Counted from the first letter of the stretch, positions 49,317-59,619 are shown. The stretch is 64,000 nt of DNA from Candidatus Daviesbacteria bacterium RIFCSPHIGHO2_12_FULL_37_16 (GCA_001776785.1 MFDF01000002.1:6894-70893); one strand, 5' to 3'. Notes: a model not told the origin generated them from the letters alone. Translations and numbers: made by a program.

Positions 49317-49954
49317 TTTGTGATCTGGTAGTATGCAGGGTAAAGGCCTATTTCATTTGCAGGCCAATACCTGAAAAAAACTTTCCCTATAATTTCATTC
49401 ATTTGGATAAATCCCCACTCCCTTGAGTCTGAGGAATGGGATCTGTTGTCTCCTAAGACTATAAAGTGGTTTGGGGCAATTTCTACTTCTTCTCCTTCTT
49501 TCATAAAAGATCCAGAGTTGGTAACTATTTGGTCATTAAGATAGGGCTCATCCAGAAGTTTCCCATTTAAATAGACTTTTCCTGACGAGATCTTAACCCT
49601 ATCGCCGGGAACGGCAATAATTCTTTTGATGAAATCCTGACTTTCATCCCTTGGGTTTTTGAAAACAATAATATCTCCTCTTGTAGGTTCTGATAATCTG
49701 TAAGTCACTTTGTCAGTAATAATATAGTCCCCGTCTTTAAAATTTGGGAACATAGATGAACCTGAAACTTTATGAGGCTGGGCAATCAGCCAATAAATGG
49801 CTGTTCCGATTGCTGCAAAAACTACCAGAGTTTGAAAAAGCTCTACAATGTGAGTGCGGAGAGGTATTTTAGGTTCTTCCTGGTGATAAGCTAAGACTTC
49901 TGTATCTGAATTATCCATGAGTGATATTATCTCAGGTGAACAATTGTGATGCAA
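49313..49954 (-). CDS. lepB: signal peptidase I
   Basis: Catalytic Ser box GSSMFPNF and the Lys box region (RGDIIVFKNP), with an N-terminal TM. Confidence 0.8.
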   Translation of the reverse strand: MHHNCSPEIISLMDNSDTEVLAYHQEEPKIPLRTHIVELFQTLVVFAAIGTAIYWLIAQPHKVSGSSMFPNFKDGDYIITDKVTYRLSEPTRGDIIVFKNPRDESQDFIKRIIAVPGDRVKISSGKVYLNGKLLDEPYLNDQIVTNSGSFMKEGEEVEIAPNHFIVLGDNRSHSSDSREWGFIQMNEIIGKVFFRYWPANEIGLYPAYYQITN

Positions 49955-49989
49955 GGGTGATAAATGTTAGAATTTGGCATATTTAACAG

Positions 49990-50772
49990 ATGAAAGAGAT
50001 AATAGATATTTATAAAAAGTACAAAGAGGTATTTTGGCAGTTGGCTTATAGAGAAATTAAAGCCAGATATAAACAGTCTGTATTAGGATATGCCTGGGCT
50101 GTGATAGTTCCTTTACTAAATTTACTGGTTTTAAGTGTAGTTTTTTCTAACTTATTTAGAGTACCTACTGGTGGAATCCCATACCCTGTTTTTTTGTTTG
50201 CAGCACTGGTTCCATGGACCTTTCTTTCTAATGCTATTACTACTGCAACGGGAAGTATTATTTCAAATGCTTCACTTGTTACTAAAGTTTATTTGCCAAG
50301 AGAAATATTTCCACTGGCAGCTATTGCTTCAAAATCAATAGATCTTTTGTTAACTTGCTTAGTTTTAGTTATTTTTTTATTTTTTTATGGAGTCAGCTTT
50401 AAACTGACAATGCTTTTAGTACCAATTATTTTTTTAGTTCAACTTATTTTAATTATAGGAGTGTCACTGATACTTTCTGCAGCAAATGTCTTCTTTAGGG
50501 ATATTGAAAATATACAAAGTGTGTTTTTAACTATTTGGATGTATTTGACACCTATTATCTATTCAACAGAACAAATTCCTGAGAGTTTAAAGCCTTTGTT
50601 TTATTTAAATCCCATGACTGGAATCATAAATGCCTATAGAGATGCTATTTTATTTGGAAAATTTCCAGTTAACTTACCGTTTATCTATTCATCTATATTC
50701 TCATTATTTATATTAGCTTTTGGATTTTATTTCTTTAGAAAAAATTCTAAATATTTTGCAGATGTAATCTAA
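49990..50772 (+). CDS. ABC-2 type polysaccharide/teichoic acid export permease (Wzm/TagG-like)
   Basis: Six TM helices and the ABC-2 family layout, immediately upstream of the ATPase. Confidence 0.65.
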   Translation: MKEIIDIYKKYKEVFWQLAYREIKARYKQSVLGYAWAVIVPLLNLLVLSVVFSNLFRVPTGGIPYPVFLFAALVPWTFLSNAITTATGSIISNASLVTKVYLPREIFPLAAIASKSIDLLLTCLVLVIFLFFYGVSFKLTMLLVPIIFLVQLILIIGVSLILSAANVFFRDIENIQSVFLTIWMYLTPIIYSTEQIPESLKPLFYLNPMTGIINAYRDAILFGKFPVNLPFIYSSIFSLFILAFGFYFFRKNSKYFADVI

Positions 50773-50774
50773 AT

Positions 50775-51506
50775 ATGGAAAGTGTAATAGAGTTTAAAAG
50801 CATAAGTAAAAAATACAAAAGGGGAAGAAGGCTTTTTTTAAAGCAAGCATTATTAGATCTATTTAGGCCAAACAAGCAGGAGGACTTTTGGGCCCTAAAA
50901 GATATAAGTTTTAAAATTAGAAAAAGTGAAACTGTAGGAATTATAGGAGACAATGGATCAGGTAAAAGCACAATTCTAAAATTAATTGCCGGGGTTGTAG
51001 CTCCTACCAGCGGTTGGATAAGTGTAAATGGAAAAGTTAGCCCTTTAATTGAGCTGGGTGCCGGATTTCATCCGGAACTTACGGGAAGAGAGAATATATA
51101 TCTAAATGGTACAATTCTTGGGCTTACAGAAAGGGAGATTGACAAGAAATTTGACGAGATAGTAGCCTTTTCTGAGCTTGAAAACTTTATTGATACTCCT
51201 GTGAAGCATTATTCTTCAGGGATGTATATGAGGTTAGGTTTTTCAATTGCCATTAGTGTTGATCCTGACATTTTACTAATAGATGAAATACTGGCGGTTG
51301 GAGATATATCATTTCAGAAAAAATGTTTTGAGAAAATTAAAGAGTTTAAAAGGAAAGAGAAAACAATTGTGATAATTTCCCATTCGATGGAGGTAATTAG
51401 GATGTTTTGCGAGAAAGCAATGTTAATCAGGAATGGCAGGTGCATAGGATTCGGAGATACTAAAAAATTGGTAGGAAGCTATATAAAATACCAGGATAAT
51501 TCTTGA
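50775..51506 (+). CDS. ABC transporter ATP-binding protein (Wzt/TagH-like, no C-terminal carbohydrate-binding domain)
   Basis: Walker A GDNGSGKST, signature YSSGM, Walker B ILLIDE. 243 aa. Confidence 0.75.
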   Translation: MESVIEFKSISKKYKRGRRLFLKQALLDLFRPNKQEDFWALKDISFKIRKSETVGIIGDNGSGKSTILKLIAGVVAPTSGWISVNGKVSPLIELGAGFHPELTGRENIYLNGTILGLTEREIDKKFDEIVAFSELENFIDTPVKHYSSGMYMRLGFSIAISVDPDILLIDEILAVGDISFQKKCFEKIKEFKRKEKTIVIISHSMEVIRMFCEKAMLIRNGRCIGFGDTKKLVGSYIKYQDNS

Positions 51507-51555
51507 CAAACGATCCTAAGTAGCTTATCTTTTCAAGACTTTTGGAAAACAATTT

Positions 51556-53586
51556 ATGAAAGTTGCATTAATTACACCTACATTAATTGCCCACCATGCT
51601 GTTCCAAACAGCATTATTAACAAATACCGTGCCTTGAGAGAAAAATCACATGAGGTTGATATTTTTGTCCAGTCAGTAGATCCCGAAGGATTACCTGATG
51701 AAATTGCTAAAAGTACATATGTTTTAACTCCTGAGCAGTTAAGTAAATTCAGTAAAGGAGGCAAGCCATTTACGGAAAATATTGAAAAATGGTTTGATGC
51801 ACAGCTTTATCTTTTTGACTACCCGCACTACTATCCATTTGTTGACGAGATTAAAAGAGTAGAGGGGATAACAGGATTTATTTATCATGGAATTACACCT
51901 CCTGCATTTGCAGATCCCAGAAAAAGATCACTCTACGAATCAAGCATGATGTTTTTAAGCTTATTAAAAAATGCAGATTTTGGAATTGTTTACAGCAAAT
52001 ATACTTATGATGAATTAGTTAAAAAGTATAGGTTTTCGTCTAAACAGATAGCTCAAATACCCTTTGGTATAAATATTGTTAAGAGAAAACAGCCAATCGA
52101 AAATAAGTATAGAGGGAGTAAACATATACTTACTTATATTGGGAGAATTACACCCCATAAGAATATAGAATTTTTGATTAGAGCGTTACCGCAAATAGTA
52201 GCGAAAAAAAAAGATGTTTTTTTGTATATCTTGGGAGATGACAGAGGTGAATATGCACGGGAGAAAGCCAGATTGGTTGGTATTGTTAAAGAACTTGAGT
52301 TAGAAAGATATGTTGAGTTCCCCGGATTAGTGGATGATTTAGATAGATATATAGAAGCCTCAGATGTTATTGTTTCAGCTTCTCTGCATGAGGGATGTTG
52401 GGTGCCTGGATTAGAGGCGATTGCTTTTAAGAAGCCAGTTGTTGCATCCGACAGCACTGCGATTCCTTTTACAGTTAAGAAGTCAGGTTTATACTTTGAC
52501 CCCTCAAATCAAAAGGAGTACATAGATAAGGTGTTAAGAGTTTTGGACAACGACAGCGTTAGAAGCAGCCTAAAGAAGGAGGCTGAGAAGGAGAGGGTGA
52601 AAATATCATTAGAGGCACATGATAAAGCTTTTAACAAGGTTATCAGTAATGCTTTAAAGATGAGACCGAAGAGAGGTACAAAAAATAATAAAATTGATCC
52701 TAATATTCTTCTGGAGAAGTTAAGAATTCTGGAAGAAATGAAGGATGCTAAGATTGATTACCATGAATTTTCAGACAGGAAATACATAGGTTCTTTACTA
52801 AGCAAATTTAGAGACTTTGCTACAAGACATGTTAGAAAATTTTACATACAGCCCCTGGAACGGGCGCAAATAAATTTTAATGATGCAGTAGTTGATGAAA
52901 TCAGGACTATCCTTGAATATTTAGCAGAGAAGGAAAAATGGAGTACAAAAGTTGGAAAAGTCATGCAAAAGGATCTCAATGAAGAATTTTACAATAGAGA
53001 TTATTTTATTGGAGGCAACAAAAGTAATTATGGTGATTACAAAGATACAAAGGATATATTGATACATTTGGCCGATATGGTAAATGAAGTTTTGGCTCCA
53101 AAGTCACTGCTTGATATAGGTTGTGCTTACGGATATATACCAATTAGACTGAGGGAAAAAGGAGTAGCAGCACACGGAATAGATATTTCAGATTTTGCTA
53201 TTTCCCAAGCAAACAAACCTTATTTATCGGTAGGTGATGCAACTAATCTGAGTCAGTTTAAAAATAGGGAATTTGAAGTATTAGTGGCATCTGAAATGAT
53301 GGAACATATTCCTGAGAATAAAATTGATTCTGCAATAAAAGAAGCAAAACGGGTTGCCTCCAAATATATTGTTTACTTAATAGCAATGAAAGGTTTTGCT
53401 TCTCACGAAGGGGAACATGATCATGACATTTCCCATGTGAGTGTTCATAACAGAAAATTCTGGCTTGATAAATTTCAAAGATTGGGGTTAGATAGGGATG
53501 TTGATAAAGAAAGAATGTTAAATACAAAGCAGTACTCGGTTGATATGGGCTGGAGCGGAAGATTTTTTGTACTGAGGACCAGATAG
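51556..53586 (+). CDS. bifunctional glycosyltransferase family 1 (GT4) / class I SAM-dependent methyltransferase fusion
   Basis: The N-terminal ~370 aa has GT4 features (GRITPHKN, EGCWVPGLEA). A coiled-coil-like linker is followed by a C-terminal methyltransferase (LLDIGCAYGYIPIRLREKGVAAHGIDIS ... VASEMMEHIPE). Confidence 0.6.
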   Translation: MKVALITPTLIAHHAVPNSIINKYRALREKSHEVDIFVQSVDPEGLPDEIAKSTYVLTPEQLSKFSKGGKPFTENIEKWFDAQLYLFDYPHYYPFVDEIKRVEGITGFIYHGITPPAFADPRKRSLYESSMMFLSLLKNADFGIVYSKYTYDELVKKYRFSSKQIAQIPFGINIVKRKQPIENKYRGSKHILTYIGRITPHKNIEFLIRALPQIVAKKKDVFLYILGDDRGEYAREKARLVGIVKELELERYVEFPGLVDDLDRYIEASDVIVSASLHEGCWVPGLEAIAFKKPVVASDSTAIPFTVKKSGLYFDPSNQKEYIDKVLRVLDNDSVRSSLKKEAEKERVKISLEAHDKAFNKVISNALKMRPKRGTKNNKIDPNILLEKLRILEEMKDAKIDYHEFSDRKYIGSLLSKFRDFATRHVRKFYIQPLERAQINFNDAVVDEIRTILEYLAEKEKWSTKVGKVMQKDLNEEFYNRDYFIGGNKSNYGDYKDTKDILIHLADMVNEVLAPKSLLDIGCAYGYIPIRLREKGVAAHGIDISDFAISQANKPYLSVGDATNLSQFKNREFEVLVASEMMEHIPENKIDSAIKEAKRVASKYIVYLIAMKGFASHEGEHDHDISHVSVHNRKFWLDKFQRLGLDRDVDKERMLNTKQYSVDMGWSGRFFVLRTR

Positions 53587-53587
53587 A

Positions 53588-54733
53588 ATGAGTGAAATTT
53601 TTGTGGATATCCGACCTATGCAGCTTCTGGATAGAAAGCAGCGGGGAATCGGGAAGTATACCCAGCTGCTTCTAAGAGATTTAAAAGCGGGGAATCCTAA
53701 ATTGAATTTTTTCTCCTTACCCATAAAATTTGAGAATGTTATAGAAAAGTATTCACCTGATAACAGGATCCATTTGTTTATAAGAAAACTTCAATTTCTT
53801 ATGTGGTTGGCCTCTAACAGCTTGATAAATATGATAGTCCCCCAGGGTGTTCTATTTCACAGTGTAGACCAGTTGTTTATCCCAAAAACTGATAGATTCA
53901 AAAGGATAGTGACTGTTCATGATTTAATCCCAACTGTTTATCCGAAAGAATATTTGAACAATCTAAATCCGTATTTTAGAAGGACTTATTTGGAATCTAT
54001 TAAGCAGCTTCCTAAGGTTGAACACATTATTGCAGTTTCCAATTACACTAAAAAAGACATTATTAAATATTTCTCTATTGATGAAAATAAGATAAGCGTT
54101 ATTTATGAGGCTGCAGATCCAATATACAGAGTCCACAGGCCTCACCATTGCCTGGAGAACTTAAAAAATAAATTTATGTTGTCTGAAGACTTCATTTTAT
54201 TTGTAGGAGGTATTGATCCAAGAAAAAACCTGAAAACTGTTGTTGAAGTTTTTTCAGAGATTAGCAAAGAAAATCGGAACCTTAATCTTGTTATTACTGG
54301 AAGTGACATTATGGTTGATGAGGATCCAAGTAAAAGAAAAATAGATAAATTAATCAAAAAATATAAATTGAAAGAAAAAATTTTACCACTGGGATTTATT
54401 GACACTAATGATTTGGCTTGTCTGTATAATAGAGCTAAGATGCTTATTTACCCATCAAATTATGAAGGCTTCGGGCTGCCTGTTCTAGAGGCTATGGCTT
54501 GCGGCTGCCCTGTTATTTCATCAAACAGAACAAGCATTCCCGAAATTGCGGGGAATGGTGCGATTTTTATAGATCCAGATAATATTGAAGAAATTAAAAT
54601 TGCCGTAAAAAGACTACTAAATGATAAGTTATTATCAAATAGCCTTAGAAAGAGGGGTTTAAGCAGGGCGAAGTTGTTTTCCTGGAAAAAGACTCGAAGA
54701 GAAACCTTTCAAGTTTACAAACGATTTCTTTGA
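53588..54733 (+). CDS. glycosyltransferase family 1 (GT4)
   Basis: EAMACGCPVISSNRTSIPEIAGNGAIFIDP. Confidence 0.65.
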   Translation: MSEIFVDIRPMQLLDRKQRGIGKYTQLLLRDLKAGNPKLNFFSLPIKFENVIEKYSPDNRIHLFIRKLQFLMWLASNSLINMIVPQGVLFHSVDQLFIPKTDRFKRIVTVHDLIPTVYPKEYLNNLNPYFRRTYLESIKQLPKVEHIIAVSNYTKKDIIKYFSIDENKISVIYEAADPIYRVHRPHHCLENLKNKFMLSEDFILFVGGIDPRKNLKTVVEVFSEISKENRNLNLVITGSDIMVDEDPSKRKIDKLIKKYKLKEKILPLGFIDTNDLACLYNRAKMLIYPSNYEGFGLPVLEAMACGCPVISSNRTSIPEIAGNGAIFIDPDNIEEIKIAVKRLLNDKLLSNSLRKRGLSRAKLFSWKKTRRETFQVYKRFL

Positions 54734-56010
54734 ACTTTACAATGAGTTTAGCAGCTACATTTCAGTCATTAGTTATAGCTTTTGCGCCTTTTTATATATT
54801 AAGAGGTTATATTCCTCTGCCAATTTTAAATTTAAACATTCCAACAACTTTGCTTGAGGTTTTAATTATTTTAAGTTTGGTTTCTACCTTTGTAGGATAT
54901 TTAAAAAGCAAAGATAATCTAAAAGTTTTTAGAACTAAGTTTGATAGATTAATACTTCTATTTTTATTTGCTTCATTCATTTCTATTTTTTTCAGTCCTG
55001 ATTTTATTGGAGGTATAGGGATATTTAGGGCATATTTTTTAGAACCTATCCTTTTTTATTATGCATTGGTTTATGAAACTAGGAAAGTTGGTTATGGGTT
55101 TGTAATAAATTCACTTGTTGTTTCTGGATTAATTCTTTCTTTGATAGCTATAATTCAAAAATTTAGCGGCCTTTTAGTATTTGCTCCGCATGAATTAGAG
55201 CAGGGTAGAGTATCTGGCGTATACAATAGTGCCAACTCATTAGCGCTATACCTTGGGCCAATAAGCATTTTATCATTATCCATTTTTTTAAAACTAAAAA
55301 ACAATTTCAAATTTTTGTATTTGGGGTTATTTCTTTTGAATGTTTTGATACTTTTGTGGACCAGGTCAAGAGGGGGTTTGGCAGCAGAAGCAGGAGCAGT
55401 GCTGATAATGGTATATGGAATTTTGTCTGTTAGTTCAGATTTTAAAATAAAATTTGTAAAAATCAGGACTGAGGTATTTAGAAGACTTTGGGTATTCATA
55501 CCAATTTTATTTATTCTATTTACAACATTTTTTTATACACAAATTTATCAAATTTATTCTACTTATCCCCAGTATATTGCAGCCCATGAGGTGAAAGGAG
55601 ATACTCTTCACATAAGATATCTAATCTGGAAATCTACCATTGAGATGTTAAAAGACAGTCCACTTTTTGGAGCTGGTCTTGATGGTTTTAAAAGTGCATA
55701 TGAGCAAATATATAAACCTTCAATTTTTCCTGAGCAATTTCAGTATCCTCATAATTTAATTTTAACTTTTTGGGTAGAAACAGGTATTCTAGGTTTAATA
55801 GCTTTCCTTCTATTAATATATAAAGTTTACTTTTTACTTATGAAGAATATATTTAAAACAAAAGATCCCTATCTGGGTATAGCATTAATTGCGATAATGA
55901 CTTATTGGATGATACATGGGTTGGTAGATGTTCCTTATTTTAAAAATGATTTAAGTTTAGAATTCTGGGTGGTTCTGGCACTTATTTCAGGATTCCTGGA
56001 AAACAAGTAA
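54730..56010 (+). CDS. O-antigen ligase / Wzy-like membrane protein
   Basis: Polytopic with a Wzy_C-like loop (PLFGAGLDGFKSAY...YPHN). Confidence 0.55.
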   Translation: MNFTMSLAATFQSLVIAFAPFYILRGYIPLPILNLNIPTTLLEVLIILSLVSTFVGYLKSKDNLKVFRTKFDRLILLFLFASFISIFFSPDFIGGIGIFRAYFLEPILFYYALVYETRKVGYGFVINSLVVSGLILSLIAIIQKFSGLLVFAPHELEQGRVSGVYNSANSLALYLGPISILSLSIFLKLKNNFKFLYLGLFLLNVLILLWTRSRGGLAAEAGAVLIMVYGILSVSSDFKIKFVKIRTEVFRRLWVFIPILFILFTTFFYTQIYQIYSTYPQYIAAHEVKGDTLHIRYLIWKSTIEMLKDSPLFGAGLDGFKSAYEQIYKPSIFPEQFQYPHNLILTFWVETGILGLIAFLLLIYKVYFLLMKNIFKTKDPYLGIALIAIMTYWMIHGLVDVPYFKNDLSLEFWVVLALISGFLENK

Positions 56011-56012
56011 GT

Positions 56013-56735
56013 TTAAGGATTGTAGGTAACTTTTTTCTCAATTTTTTTTGAATTTCCAAAGTTATTTGTAGCAATTATTGTAACAGTATTATCACCTTCA
56101 TTTAATGAGATTTCTGTTGAGAAATTACCTTCTGCATTTACTATGACTGTTGTACCATTTATTGTAATTGGATTTTGATTGTCAACACTTCCGGAGACTT
56201 TAACCTTTTTATCCCCACCTTTTATCTGGTGATTATCAGGTGGTTCTGAAACTTCAAGTTTTGGTTCCTCCTTACTGTAGAGAAGTTTTATGGTTTTAGA
56301 GGGAAGGCTTTTTTTATCTCCATTTTTGGTTATGGCATGGATATAGTTTGTTCCTTCAATTAAATTCAGGTTTCCTGTTTCAAATGATCCATCAATTGAT
56401 GTATCCACAGTATCTTTTAGACTGTCATCAAAGTATATTTCCACCTGAGAATCTTCAGTTGCATATCCTGATATTTTTAAATCTGCAGAATTTGTGGCTT
56501 CAAAGGGAATATTTAGAACCGGGGGTGCAAGTCCTGTGTCTTCAATTTCTTCAACCTGTGCAGCAGGTTTAAACTTATTAAAAATTGTAAGGCCTCCGAT
56601 TAAGGTAGGAAGACCCCAGGTAATTAAAAAATAAGCAAAAATCAGAAAGATTATTATTGAAAGAATTAGGTTTCTTTTAGCTTTTTTTTCCAGTCTTCTA
56701 ACTGACCTTGGCCTGTAGCGCTGTCTTGGAGGCAT
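56013..56735 (-). CDS. membrane-anchored protein with Ig-like beta-sandwich repeats
   Basis: Start moved to the Met at 56735 (MPPRQRY...) because the longer track ORF runs into tRNA-Thr. TM helix followed by repeated S/T/N-rich beta-strand segments. Confidence 0.4.
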   Translation of the reverse strand: MPPRQRYRPRSVRRLEKKAKRNLILSIIIFLIFAYFLITWGLPTLIGGLTIFNKFKPAAQVEEIEDTGLAPPVLNIPFEATNSADLKISGYATEDSQVEIYFDDSLKDTVDTSIDGSFETGNLNLIEGTNYIHAITKNGDKKSLPSKTIKLLYSKEEPKLEVSEPPDNHQIKGGDKKVKVSGSVDNQNPITINGTTVIVNAEGNFSTEISLNEGDNTVTIIATNNFGNSKKIEKKVTYNP

Positions 56736-56755
56736 AGTATAATTATATACCAATT

Positions 56756-56830
56756 TGGAGCCAGTGGGGGGAATCGAACCCTCAACTTCTGCTTTACGAA
56801 AGCATTGTTCTGCCATTGAACTACACTGGC
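56756..56830 (-). tRNA. tRNA-Thr (anticodon CGU)
   Basis: The reverse complement folds as a cloverleaf: acceptor GCCAGTG/CACTGGC, D-stem GTTC/GAAC, anticodon loop TTCGTAA, T-loop TTCGATT and encoded CCA. One A-C mismatch in the T-stem. Confidence 0.85.
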
Positions 56831-56894
56831 ATATCTGTATTTTACACGAAAATACTATCTATATATTTGTAAGAGAGTATGTATAATCTCTACT

Positions 56895-57809
56895 ATGAGT
56901 TTAGATTTAAGACATGAATTGCCTTTTAGAATAAGAGCTGAAGGTCCATTTGACCCAAAAAAGATTTTAGTAGATTACAGATCTTTGAGGTTGCCATTAA
57001 ATGAAAAAGACAAGAGTGAAGTTGACGCAATTTGGAGTCAGCATTTTGAACCTTACCCTGACCGGTATAAAAATTTTCCTAAAGTTAATATAAACAAAGT
57101 TGAAGTAAGAGATGGATTATTAAACTTGGGATTACTAGATACTGATTATAAAACTCATATTAGTTTAAGGAGAAAGTATAGACAGGAAGGGGGACATTTC
57201 AGGCAGTATGATGCAGCTTCAGGAATTGAAGCTGTAGTAGTAACAGCTGATAACCGTATTTTATTATCACAAAGGGCAGAAGATATTGATGATCCAGGAT
57301 GGATGGCAGTGATCTCTGGAGGGTTTTTTGAGCCGGATGAGTTAAAAACAGCAGGACCAAGTGTATATAACTGTTTTTTGAGGGAATTGGAGGAGGAAGC
57401 CGGAATCGAAGAAAGGGATCTTGTTGATTGTGTAGTTGCAGGCGTAATTCAGGAAAAGATGGGGTCATCAACCGTAGTTTTTATTACTGGAACCAGTCTT
57501 GAGGCAGAAGAGGTTTTAAGAAGGAAAACTGATGGTGAGAACCATAAATTTACAGTTAAAAACAATCCTGCAGAATTTATTGATATAGTTAAAAGCAACC
57601 TACTGATTTTATCTGATACGAATTTAGGGACACTTGATTTATTTATTAAACAGAGATTTGATCAGGAATATGCCCAAATATATGAGAGTCTTATATCAGA
57701 TAGACTGAGTGAGTATAAGGGTTTGGGTGTTGACAGGTTAGAGGAGTTAAGAAGCAGGCAGGTTAGAAATCTTACAGCCCTGGTTGAAAGCAATAGTGAC
57801 AATTCCTGA
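56895..57809 (+). CDS. NUDIX hydrolase with N- and C-terminal extensions
   Basis: Nudix box GGFFEPDELKTAGPSVYNCFLRELEEEAGIE (GGx5Ex7REuxEExGu). Confidence 0.6.
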   Translation: MSLDLRHELPFRIRAEGPFDPKKILVDYRSLRLPLNEKDKSEVDAIWSQHFEPYPDRYKNFPKVNINKVEVRDGLLNLGLLDTDYKTHISLRRKYRQEGGHFRQYDAASGIEAVVVTADNRILLSQRAEDIDDPGWMAVISGGFFEPDELKTAGPSVYNCFLRELEEEAGIEERDLVDCVVAGVIQEKMGSSTVVFITGTSLEAEEVLRRKTDGENHKFTVKNNPAEFIDIVKSNLLILSDTNLGTLDLFIKQRFDQEYAQIYESLISDRLSEYKGLGVDRLEELRSRQVRNLTALVESNSDNS

Positions 57810-57867
57810 AATGCCTTGGCATAAGGAGATTTTACAAGAAAAGCTATTCAGGTTAAACTGTGAATAG

Positions 57868-59331
57868 ATGTTTAATCAAAAAGGTTACATAGTTTTACCT
57901 TTAATTTTATTTGCTCTGATTACAGCTTTTTTTGTAATTCCCAGAAAATCTCCAGTTACTAAGAATGCTTTAAACAAAGTAACTTCAAATGCCTGTCAGC
58001 CGGATAAAGATCCTAATGCTCCAACTGCTACTACACGTGGATATACCATAGATAATGAGAATGATGATTCTACTTTTAGATTTACAGGAGATGTAACTTA
58101 TAGGAGAGTCAAAAAAAATGTTCCTATAGACCAGGATTCTTTTGAAAAACCAGGAAATACTGAAGTTCACTGGATAAAGGGGCAGGATGTTTCAGCCAGT
58201 GATGGTAAAACATACAGAGTTTACTACCCAGGTAGGTATGCCCAAGACTGTGGTGGGGAAAATAACAAGGGCCCTGATGGAAAATGTTTGCCTGGTAAAC
58301 TACTTGCTGAGGGGGATATTGGCTATTCTTTTTTGGGAGCTAATGGTTATACCTGGTTACATTTTTACAAGTATGGAATTATAGTGTTGGTGCATTTAAA
58401 TGATGATGGGAGTGTAGAAAAAGAGGATGGGTTTAATAATAAGGATGCCAGGACTTTTTGGATAGCTGATATTTATGTTGATCCAAGCAAAGATCCACTA
58501 CCTGAGGATGTAATTAAGTGTCAGGATATTCCTAAAGCTCCGGATGAAAGTGGGATACGTTTAAAAACAAGTAAATATTCTAGCCAACAAAGCGGAAATT
58601 CAAATGATTTTAGTACTATTGTTTATCCTACTCAGTCAGAGAGTACTGATAGCAAACAGCTTCAGCTTGAATGGTTCAAATTTGGTAATTCAAATGTTGT
58701 GTATCAGCCTTGGTGGACACCGCATTGTAAGCCAGCAATTTATCTTTACCCCAAAAATAAATCATTAGTAAATGTGAAAGTTTATCCAAGGGGAAATTTT
58801 ACTTTAACTGATCCAAAATATGATTTAGATAAAGGTTGGAATGTTTGGGCGCAGCCAAATGGAGAGATTTATGATTTAAGATTAACACGCCCTTCCTTCG
58901 GAAGCAGGAATTATGAATATTTATATTATGAAGCACAAATTAATGATAATGATATAGATAAGCCAGAGGATGGGTATGTAGTAAAAAAAGATGAAGTTCA
59001 CCAACTTTTGTCAGATTTAATGCCTAAGCTAGGTTTAAATTTTGTAGAAACAAGACAATTTAAAGAATATTGGGAGCGGGTTTTGCCTGATTCTCCATAT
59101 TATTTTATTGGAGTGGTGGATAAAAGTAATTTAGATTATATAGAAGCTTTGAAGATAAATCCTGAGCCTGATTCTATAATCAGGGTTAGTCTTTATTTTG
59201 AGCCTTTAGATAGCTTTAAGGAGGTTTCTGAGCCAAATATAGTTACCCCAAAAAGAGAGGGGTTTAGTGTGGTGGAGTGGGGAGGGTTAATAAAGCTTCA
59301 TGGAGATACTCCATTTACATGCAGCCAATAA
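57868..59331 (+). CDS. hypothetical secreted/membrane-anchored protein
   Basis: N-terminal TM/signal and Cys-containing extracytoplasmic domains. No recognisable motif. Confidence 0.35.
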   Translation: MFNQKGYIVLPLILFALITAFFVIPRKSPVTKNALNKVTSNACQPDKDPNAPTATTRGYTIDNENDDSTFRFTGDVTYRRVKKNVPIDQDSFEKPGNTEVHWIKGQDVSASDGKTYRVYYPGRYAQDCGGENNKGPDGKCLPGKLLAEGDIGYSFLGANGYTWLHFYKYGIIVLVHLNDDGSVEKEDGFNNKDARTFWIADIYVDPSKDPLPEDVIKCQDIPKAPDESGIRLKTSKYSSQQSGNSNDFSTIVYPTQSESTDSKQLQLEWFKFGNSNVVYQPWWTPHCKPAIYLYPKNKSLVNVKVYPRGNFTLTDPKYDLDKGWNVWAQPNGEIYDLRLTRPSFGSRNYEYLYYEAQINDNDIDKPEDGYVVKKDEVHQLLSDLMPKLGLNFVETRQFKEYWERVLPDSPYYFIGVVDKSNLDYIEALKINPEPDSIIRVSLYFEPLDSFKEVSEPNIVTPKREGFSVVEWGGLIKLHGDTPFTCSQ

Positions 59332-59619
59332 TGATATGAAAAAGAGATATTTTTAAAACTAGACGAGTCTTCTTTTTGAGGTTGTTGCAGGATACATTAC
59401 TCTTCAAAAAGCACTGCTTAAATTTTCAGAAACTGCAAAATAATTTCCAAAGGAGTCTTTGCAGATAAAAGGCTCATTTGCTGGCTGCTCCTGTTTTTTT
59501 ATTTGATTGAATATAGATTTTTCACTTGAACCTCGTTCAGTCATAAGGAGAAATTATAACAAATTAGTTAAAAATTATCAACTATAGGTTATAGTATAAA
59601 TACTTAAACCTTAATTCTG

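Noticed and set aside
56013-56816. Longer 267-aa form of the Ig-like protein ORF
   Set aside because: Its first 27 codons overlap tRNA-Thr(CGU) on the same strand, so the start was moved to the Met at 56735.
59332-59619. 48-aa minus-strand ORF (MTERGSSEKSIFNQIKKQEQPANEPFICKDSFGNYFAVSENLSSAF) in the gap before tRNA-Gly
   Set aside because: No ribosome-binding site, no motif, and it is below the ORF-track length cutoff. Conservation cannot be assessed from sequence alone.
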